Below are positions 22,902-32,000 of a DNA stretch of 32,000 nt, piece by piece; positions within the stretch are counted from its first letter, which is position 1, and every line of letters begins with the position of its first letter. Position numbers and translations under genes: made by a program. The DNA lies in sequence record OZ372947.1. One strand, 5' to 3'. The notes under the pieces are model-generated. The model searched no databases. It saw only the letters and a program-made list of their open reading frames with translations, and was not told the origin of the DNA.

Positions 22902-23658
22902 ACCGGATGATAAGCTACAAACGATAAAATATTATACAAAAAAAGTTTTTGTTTTCGTATTAGATTTACAAGCATTTTATGATGTTGGAAGTGTTTTGAA
23001 GGTTGTACTTCCTTCAGGCCGACTTAAATATATACCTCTAAGTAAACCATTAAAGAAGATCCACTTAACTCGTTCAACGGGATTAGGATACTTACAAGGG
23101 AATACCTTTTATTGGGTTGATTTTTATCCAAACCCAAGCCTTACCTTATGTATTTCCTGGATGATTCCTATTGCCCGTTATCTTAGAGTTTCTTTATTTT
23201 TAGTGTGTGTACTTTTACAAACTGAATTAAAGAGAAAAATTAGTTCAAAAAAATTATTCGGTTTATTTATTTACTATTTATTAGTTTCTATAGATATTTC
23301 TGGATGGTCACTTTCAATACATGAACGTTCTTTAACTAACTTTTTGGAAAACCCACATTTTTTGGCAGTTTGCATAACTACAGTTAATGATTTACCCTTC
23401 ATTAACCTTAATGAATTAGAACAAGCTTACCGTGGGTCGAAAAAAATCTTATCTGAAAAAGAAGAAAAAGAATTATATAATTTAACCAAATTAAATGAAA
23501 AGGAAATTACAACCACAAGAAAAATTAAGATAATCTATTGGATACTCCGAGAAACTTCATTAAAGAAAATCTCAGAAAAACTTAGCATTACCACATGGGC
23601 TATTTGTGCAGATTTACTATTATATTATGCACAAAGTCTACGTTTATGGATTCCCTAA
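22873..23658 (+). CDS. Unassigned ORF, 261 codons (orf261): hypothetical protein with two predicted hydrophobic helices and an HTH-like C-terminal segment
   Basis: Uninterrupted 786-nt frame in AT-rich DNA, where stop codons are frequent. It fills a gap that would otherwise be by far the longest non-coding stretch in the window. I recognise no family. The ATG lies 29 nt inside chlB; the next in-frame ATG is codon 97. Confidence 0.4.
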   Translation: MPQKKRLELKPDDKLQTIKYYTKKVFVFVLDLQAFYDVGSVLKVVLPSGRLKYIPLSKPLKKIHLTRSTGLGYLQGNTFYWVDFYPNPSLTLCISWMIPIARYLRVSLFLVCVLLQTELKRKISSKKLFGLFIYYLLVSIDISGWSLSIHERSLTNFLENPHFLAVCITTVNDLPFINLNELEQAYRGSKKILSEKEEKELYNLTKLNEKEITTTRKIKIIYWILRETSLKKISEKLSITTWAICADLLLYYAQSLRLWIP

Positions 23659-23693
23659 GTAGCTTGTGCTAATATAAAGAAAAAAGGTTTTTT

Positions 23694-23798
23694 ATGATCG
23701 CTTTAAAGATTCTAGTTTATACAGTCGTAGTTTTCTTTGTGTCACTGTTTATCTTTGGTTTCCTTTCTAATGATCCGGGTCGTAACCCTGAAGGTTAA
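23694..23798 (+). CDS. psbI: Photosystem II reaction centre protein I (34 aa; found by manual translation)
   Basis: [34 protein letters not shown] matches the PsbI consensus ([32 protein letters not shown]). Confidence 0.92.
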   Translation: MIALKILVYTVVVFFVSLFIFGFLSNDPGRNPEG

Positions 23799-23875
23799 AG
23801 TTAGAAAAGAATTATAATTTGAGTAGGAAAAATAGAGGCTTTTGTTGAACTAATAAAGTTAACAAAAAATAATAA

Positions 23876-25345
<1,470 letters not shown>

Positions 25346-25350
25346 TCATT

Positions 25351-25357
25351 AAGGAGG
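25351..25357 (+). promoter_or_regulatory. Shine-Dalgarno-like AAGGAGG upstream of atpE
   Basis: Perfect complement to the 16S 3' end CCTCCT seen at 17875-17880. It lies 13 nt upstream of the atpE ATG, a somewhat long spacing. Confidence 0.35.
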
Positions 25358-25370
25358 CTAAAAACTAAGA

Positions 25371-25775
25371 ATGGCTTTAAAAGTTTCACTTATTACTCCT
25401 GATTGTATTCTTTGGGATGGACCTGTAGAAGAAGCTTTGCTTTCTACAACTACAGGTTTAATGGGTATTTTACCTAACCACGCTCCTTTATTAACTGCTT
25501 TAGAAATCGGTCCATTACGCTTACGTAATGAGAATAAAGAGTGGTTATCCTTTGCAGTTATGGGCGGATTCGCTACTGTAAAAGATAATTCATTAACTTT
25601 AATTGTAAATCAAGCTGAATCTGGTACTTCTTTAGAAAAAGAAAGTGTTGAAGAAAATTTATCTAAAGCTAAAGAAGCTTTAGAAACAGCATCAACTCCT
25701 CCAGATTTAATTGAAGCTCAAATTGCATACCGTAAAGCTAAAGCTCGTTATGAAGCTACTTTACCAAAATCGTAA
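25371..25775 (+). CDS. atpE: ATP synthase CF1 epsilon subunit
   Basis: 134 aa with ...TPDCILWDGPVEEALLSTTTGLMGILPNHAPLLTALEIGPLRL.... It follows atpB after a 25-nt spacer with no overlap. Confidence 0.93.
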   Translation: MALKVSLITPDCILWDGPVEEALLSTTTGLMGILPNHAPLLTALEIGPLRLRNENKEWLSFAVMGGFATVKDNSLTLIVNQAESGTSLEKESVEENLSKAKEALETASTPPDLIEAQIAYRKAKARYEATLPKS

Positions 25776-25794
25776 TTTAATTTAATAAGTTAAA

Positions 25795-26097
25795 ATGGCA
25801 AAAAAGAGTGTAATTGCACGAAATATTAAACGTAAACAATTAAGTCAAAAATACTCAAGTTTGCGTGTATGGCTAAAAAGCCAAATCAAACGTACACCAA
25901 ATTTAGGGACTCGTTTACGTATTCATGCACTAGTTCAAAGTTTGCCTAAAAATAGTAGTCCTGTTCGTACTGAATCACGTTGTCAATTGACTGGACGTCC
26001 AAAAGCGGTTTACCGTGATTTTGGACTATCACGTCACGTATTTCGTGAAATGGTCCATGAAGGTCTACTACCTGGGGTTGTCAAATCCAGTTGGTAA
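25795..26097 (+). CDS. rps14: 30S ribosomal protein S14
   Basis: 100 aa, [16 protein letters not shown]...[39 protein letters not shown]. Confidence 0.94.
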   Translation: MAKKSVIARNIKRKQLSQKYSSLRVWLKSQIKRTPNLGTRLRIHALVQSLPKNSSPVRTESRCQLTGRPKAVYRDFGLSRHVFREMVHEGLLPGVVKSSW

Positions 26098-26142
26098 TAA
26101 CCTTACTATTCATAATTTTGAATGAAATAAAAAATAAAAAAA

Positions 26143-26655
26143 ATGCCTAGAACCCAACGAAATGCGAATTTTATTGATAAAACGTTCGGTGTTATAGCAG
26201 ATATTTTATTACAGACCTTACCAACATCAAAACGAGAAAAAGAAGCATTTGCTTATTATCGTGATGGTATGTCAGCTCAGGCTGAAGGCGAATATGCTGA
26301 AGCGCTTCAAAATTACTTTGAGGCGCTTCGGTTAGAATCTGATGCATATGACCGAAGTTTTATTTTATATAATATAGGTTTAATTCACACAAGTAATGGA
26401 GACCATGCAAGAGCTTTAGATTATTATGCTCAAGCTTTAGAACGAAATCCATCTTTACCACAGGCTCTTAATAATATTGCGGTTATCTATCATTATCGAG
26501 GAGAACAAGCAATGGAATTAGGGCAAGATCAGATATCGAAAATTCTTTTTGATAAAGCTGCTGACTATTGGTTCGAGGCTATTCGATTAGCACCCGATAA
26601 TTATATTGAAGCCCAAAATTGGTTAAAAGTTACAGGACGGGCTGATTATTATTAA
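26143..26655 (+). CDS. ycf3: Photosystem I assembly protein Ycf3 (TPR), uninterrupted
   Basis: 170 aa, [15 protein letters not shown]...[30 protein letters not shown]...[50 protein letters not shown]. Confidence 0.96.
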   Translation: MPRTQRNANFIDKTFGVIADILLQTLPTSKREKEAFAYYRDGMSAQAEGEYAEALQNYFEALRLESDAYDRSFILYNIGLIHTSNGDHARALDYYAQALERNPSLPQALNNIAVIYHYRGEQAMELGQDQISKILFDKAADYWFEAIRLAPDNYIEAQNWLKVTGRADYY

Positions 26656-26772
26656 AGGTCTAATTGTAATTGCACTTGTTGGTTTTAAACGTTTTTGTTA
26701 TTATTTTAAAAGAACCGTCTAAGTTATTTATTTGTACTAAACCAAGTACGGATAACTTAGACGATAAAAAGT

Positions 26773-26844
26773 TCCTCAGTAGCTCAGTGGTAGAGCGATC
26801 GGCTGTTAACCGATGGGTCGTAGGTTCAAATCCTACCTGGGGAG
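26773..26844 (+). tRNA. trnN: tRNA-Asn (anticodon GUU)
   Basis: tcctcag-ta-gctc-agtggta-gagc-g-atcgg-ctgttaa-ccgat-gggtc-gtagg-ttcaaat-cctac-ctgggga-g. 72 nt. Confidence 0.9.
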
Positions 26845-26915
26845 GCGGATATCGTATAAGGGTAATACCTTAGCCTTCCAAGCTAAAGCTGCGGGTTCGA
26901 GTCCCGCTATCCGCT
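26845..26915 (+). tRNA. trnG: tRNA-Gly (anticodon UCC), no intron
   Basis: gcggata-tc-gtat-aagggta-atac-c-ttagc-cttccaa-gctaa-agct-gcggg-ttcgagt-cccgc-tatccgc-t. 71 nt. It starts on the nucleotide immediately after the trnN discriminator. Confidence 0.88.
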
Positions 26916-26980
26916 TTTTTGATAGTAAATTAAAGTCGTAAAAAAATAAAGCTTATATTATATAAGAAAGAAGAGTTTAA

Positions 26981-29447
<2,467 letters not shown>

Positions 29448-29486
29448 ATCTAGCTTATAAGCTAACTTTATTTACAGTTAGTATTT

Positions 29487-29517
29487 TTATTTCCCTAAGA
29501 AATTCTTAGGGAAATAA
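29487..29517 (+). terminator. psbC 3' stem-loop (15-nt perfect inverted repeat)
   Basis: ttatttccctaagaa-a-ttcttagggaaataa, 40 nt after the psbC stop, ending 1 nt before trnY position +1. Confidence 0.5.
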
Positions 29518-29518
29518 A

Positions 29519-29600
29519 GGGTCGATGTCCGAGTGGTTAAAGGAGGCGGATTGTAAATCCGCTGGCTACGCCTACGCTGGTTCAAATCCAGCTCGGCCCA
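29519..29600 (+). tRNA. trnY: tRNA-Tyr (anticodon GUA), class II-like long variable arm
   Basis: Acceptor gggtcga/tcggccc (one G-U), anticodon arm gcgga-ttgtaaa-tccgc, long variable arm, T arm gctgg-ttcaaat-ccagc. 82 nt. Confidence 0.9.
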
Positions 29601-29628
29601 ATATAAAATTTATTTAATGCAAAAAAAA

Positions 29629-29659
29629 AGCCCGTAAGACGTTTAACGTCTTACGGGCT
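29629..29659. terminator. Bidirectional stem-loop at the point where + and - strand transcription units converge
   Basis: Perfect 13-bp GC-rich inverted repeat agcccgtaagacg / cgtcttacgggct, loop tttaa, flanked by A9 on the left and T6 on the right. It lies between trnY(+) and trnD(-). Confidence 0.6.
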
Positions 29660-29700
29660 TTTTTGTTTTCAGGTCTATTTAATTATTTAATGTTAATGTC

Positions 29701-29774
29701 CGGGACAGACGGGACTCGAACCCGCAACTTCCGCCGTGACAGGGCGGTGCTCTAACCAATTGAACTACTATCCC
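29701..29774 (-). tRNA. trnD: tRNA-Asp (anticodon GUC)
   Basis: Reverse complement: gggatag-ta-gttc-aattggtta-gagc-a-ccgcc-ctgtcac-ggcgg-aagtt-gcggg-ttcgagt-cccgt-ctgtccc-g. 74 nt. Confidence 0.9.
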
Positions 29775-29863
29775 ATTGTGTTAATTTTATGATAGCACAA
29801 GTAATAAAAATTAGTATAGTCTTTTTTTACTGTATTACTATTACTATATGTTTATCCAATTAC

Positions 29864-29893
29864 CTTGGGTTTTTCTCAAAAGAAAAACCCAAG
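29864..29893 (-). terminator. petG 3' stem-loop
   Basis: Perfect 13-bp inverted repeat cttgggtttttct / agaaaaacccaag with a 4-nt loop, 20 nt downstream of the petG stop on the - strand. Confidence 0.5.
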
Positions 29894-29912
29894 ATAAAAG
29901 AAACTAGATTTT

Positions 29913-30026
29913 TTAAAAGTTTAATTGGTCACCACGTCTATATTGAAGATATGCAGTAACAAATAAACCAGCGATTGTTACAGGAATTAATCCTAGTACA
30001 ATCCCAGATAATAAAACTTCAACCAT
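29913..30026 (-). CDS. petG: Cytochrome b6f complex subunit V (37 aa; manual translation)
   Basis: The - strand translation [37 protein letters not shown] matches the PetG consensus ([24 protein letters not shown]). Confidence 0.9.
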   Translation of the reverse strand: MVEVLLSGIVLGLIPVTIAGLFVTAYLQYRRGDQLNF

Positions 30027-30052
30027 AATTTTTTAATGAATAATTTTTGGTA

Positions 30053-30145
30053 TTACATAAGTCTGATTTTTGTCAAACCAATGTAGAAAACTAAAGCAGT
30101 AGCAAAAGCTACACCTAAAAAACCAACATAACCTAAAACAGTCAT
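30053..30145 (-). CDS. petL: Cytochrome b6f complex subunit VI (30 aa; manual translation)
   Basis: The - strand translation MTVLGYVGFLGVAFATALVFYIGLTKIRLM. The C-terminal F.IGL.KIRLI motif and the position between petA and petG fit PetL. Confidence 0.8.
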   Translation of the reverse strand: MTVLGYVGFLGVAFATALVFYIGLTKIRLM

Positions 30146-30169
30146 AATTTAAATAATAGAAATATGAAA

Positions 30170-31084
30170 TTAGAAGTTCATGTCAGCTAACTGAACTTTC
30201 TCGAATTGTTTCTTCTTCAGTACAAGGAAAATTTGTGCTACACAAATAGTGAAAAGGAACGCGATTAATCCAATTACACGGAAAGGATTCTGTAGAACAA
30301 TTTCAGTGTCAGCTTGTCCAAAACCACCGACATTTGGATTGTTTGTTAGTGGTTGATCTGCTTCTACACTATCGCCTACTTTAACTAATAACGTTGGTCC
30401 TGGTGGAATTGTTTCCGTAACACTTTGTTCTGTTTCCGGGTTCACGATAGTAATTAAATTCTTACCTTCTTCGTTAACATCGATGGATGTGATAGTTCCT
30501 TTAGCTGGTGAGTTATAAACAGTGTTATTACTCTTTTCCCCGGAAGGATAAACTTGCCCACGACCACGGTTAGCACCTAAGTACACTGGGTATTTAAGGA
30601 AGTTTTTAGGTTTTTCTGGAGAAATAATAGGGAATACCATATCACTATTTTTCTTTCCAGGAAGTGGTCCTACTACCACAATATTTTTCTTGTCCGCACT
30701 ATATGGTTGGAAGAATAATTTTCCAACTTTAGCAGAGATTTCTTCTGGAATGCGGTCTTTAGGAGCAATCTCAAAACCTTCAGGTAAAATTAATACTGCA
30801 CCTACGTTTAATCCACCTTTTTTACCATTCCCTAAAACTTGTTTAAGAGATTTATCATAAGGAATATGGATATTAGCTTCAAAAACAGTATCTGGAAAAA
30901 CCGCTTGCGGCATTTCAACGTCTGCAGGTTTTTGAGCTAAATGGCAGTTTGCACAAACAATTCGTCCTGTTGCTTCACGCGGTTCTTCATAACCTTGTTG
31001 TGCAAAAATGGGATATGCTTGACTAGGTGAACTAATTGCAATAAAACCTAAAATGAAAGCAAAAAAGCCAATCAATTTACGCAT
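30170..31084 (-). CDS. petA: Cytochrome f (apocytochrome f precursor)
   Basis: 304 aa. A signal peptide ends in ..SQA, then the mature N-terminus [27 protein letters not shown] (heme-binding CANCH), with a C-terminal membrane anchor. Confidence 0.98.
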   Translation of the reverse strand: MRKLIGFFAFILGFIAISSPSQAYPIFAQQGYEEPREATGRIVCANCHLAQKPADVEMPQAVFPDTVFEANIHIPYDKSLKQVLGNGKKGGLNVGAVLILPEGFEIAPKDRIPEEISAKVGKLFFQPYSADKKNIVVVGPLPGKKNSDMVFPIISPEKPKNFLKYPVYLGANRGRGQVYPSGEKSNNTVYNSPAKGTITSIDVNEEGKNLITIVNPETEQSVTETIPPGPTLLVKVGDSVEADQPLTNNPNVGGFGQADTEIVLQNPFRVIGLIAFLFTICVAQIFLVLKKKQFEKVQLADMNF

Positions 31085-31131
31085 TTTTATCTTATTTGTA
31101 TTTAAGATGAATATTCAAATTTTCTTCGTAA

Positions 31132-31205
31132 CGGGCAAGAAGGGATTCGAACCCCTGACACCGTGGTTCGTAGCCACGTGCTCTAGTCCACTGAGCTACA
31201 AGCCC
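31132..31205 (-). tRNA. trnR: tRNA-Arg (anticodon ACG)
   Basis: Reverse complement: gggcttg-ta-gctc-agtggacta-gagc-a-cgtgg-ctacgaa-ccacg-gtgtc-agggg-ttcgaat-ccctt-cttgccc-g. 74 nt. Two U-U oppositions occur in the acceptor stem. Confidence 0.85.
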
Positions 31206-31239
31206 TCTAATTTATTGTAGCATAAAGTTTTAGCTACCT

Positions 31240-32000
31240 TTATGTGGTAGGGTCGCGGTACTTAGTTTCCGCGACATCCTGATTCCATTTAGGCAAATTT
31301 TTACTTTCAACAAAAGCTTGTTGGTACCAGTCACCAAGAGGTTCGTGGGCATAAAATGTATTCCAACCACCAGTTGGTATATTTGCCATTCTTGTACTAA
31401 TTTCATCCATCCACCATTTTCTTAAACCTAAACCTTTTAGGTTTGTTAGTTCTTTGGTTTCTTTTTTCTGGTATTTTTGAACTGAAATTTGTTTTTGTAG
31501 GTCTTTAAGCGCTTTTTGTATTTGTAAAGTAGTTATTTTGGAAACTCCTTTATTTTGAAGAATAATTTTATCTGCAATGCTTTGTAAACTTGCTCCCGTC
31601 AAACCTTCCGTTAAAGGTCCAATAGTTTGCCAGCTTTCTTCGCTTAAAGTATGTCCTACTCGTTTGAAGTTATGTTGTAGCAAACTTATACGTTGTCGTT
31701 GATTCAGTGGTTTTAACCAAAGAATTCTTTCAAAACGACCTGGTCGTAATAAAGCACGATCCATACCTTCTAAAGTGTGTGTTGCTCCCATTACAATAAC
31801 ACCTTTGCGCTTTTGTAAGCCATCTAATTCAATTAGGAAATGAGTTAATAAGGTCATTTCTTTATGACAAGATTCTTTTTGGCTTAAATCGCTTAAAGAA
31901 TACCCATTTTTTGTTTTTTGCGATTCATTTCTGTTTTTGAACATTAAGGGTGTTAATACACCTTTCTGCGTTACTGTCATTGGGTCGCTTGGGCGACTAC
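31240..32000 (-). CDS. ftsH: FtsH-like / ycf2-like AAA+ protein, C-terminal part (5' end outside window)
   Basis: The frame is open to the window edge (..SRPSDP precedes the listed Met). LLTHFLIELDGLQKRKGVIVMGATHTLEGMDRALLRPGRFERILWL is the AAA second-region-of-homology / arginine-finger block of FtsH-type ATPases. Only ~170 aa follow it, with no HEXXH. Confidence 0.7.
   Translation of the reverse strand, partial: SRPSDPMTVTQKGVLTPLMFKNRNESQKTKNGYSLSDLSQKESCHKEMTLLTHFLIELDGLQKRKGVIVMGATHTLEGMDRALLRPGRFERILWLKPLNQRQRISLLQHNFKRVGHTLSEESWQTIGPLTEGLTGASLQSIADKIILQNKGVSKITTLQIQKALKDLQKQISVQKYQKKETKELTNLKGLGLRKWWMDEISTRMANIPTGGWNTFYAHEPLGDWYQQAFVESKNLPKWNQDVAETKYRDPTT

Noticed and set aside
26670-26873. 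67-aa + strand ORF downstream of ycf3.
   Set aside because: Its 3' half is the trnN(GUU)/trnG(UCC) sequence (the translated portion SSVVERSAVNRWVVGSNP is the tRNA), and it begins with a non-ATG start. It is not a gene.
31333-31347. HEPLG in the FtsH-like tail as a possible degenerate HEXXH zinc-protease motif.
   Set aside because: It lacks the second histidine. It also lies only about 35 residues from the C-terminus, with no surrounding M41-like sequence.

Overview
This window is a densely packed, AT-rich plastid (chloroplast) genome segment from a green alga, with no introns detected. The gene content looks chlorophyte: chlB, ycf20, a ycf1-like ORF and an ftsH/ycf2-like ORF are present, and rpl22 is absent between rps19 and rps3. 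I cannot name the species from sequence alone.

On the + strand the order is rpoB (3' part)-rpoC1-rpoC2-rps2-atpI-atpH-atpF-atpA, trnV(UAC), rpl23-rpl2-rps19-rps3, a 1082-codon ycf1-like ORF, psaC-psaJ, ycf20-like, trnS(GCU), trnL(UAG), psbZ and an initiator-type trnM(CAU). Next comes a complete rRNA operon (16S-trnI(GAU)-trnA(UGC)-23S-5S) followed directly by trnE(UUC) and elongator trnM(CAU). After that come chlB, an unidentified 261-codon ORF, psbI, atpB-atpE, rps14, ycf3, trnN(GUU)/trnG(UCC), psbD-psbC and trnY(GUA). Converging on the - strand are an ftsH/ycf2-like AAA gene (3' part), trnR(ACG), petA, petL, petG and trnD(GUC). psaJ, psbI, petG and petL are below the ORF-track size cut-off and were found by manual translation.

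I found no CRISPR array, transposon, prophage-like block, intron or long dispersed repeat, and I do not see a defensible novel multi-gene system. This is essentially ordinary plastid housekeeping DNA.

The points most worth a second look are:
- the unassigned orf261, which overlaps the chlB 3' end;
- the protease-less C-terminus of the ftsH/ycf2-like gene;
- the divergent basic tail of the ycf1-like ORF;
- a 26-nt rpoC1/rpoC2 overlap with an unusually short rpoC2;
- several tRNA-level oddities: a duplicated trnA 5' half filling the trnI-trnA spacer, trnN and trnG abutting with no spacer, and an initiator-like tRNA with an A1:U72 pair.

All functional calls rest on my recognition of conserved protein or RNA sequence. 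No database search was possible.
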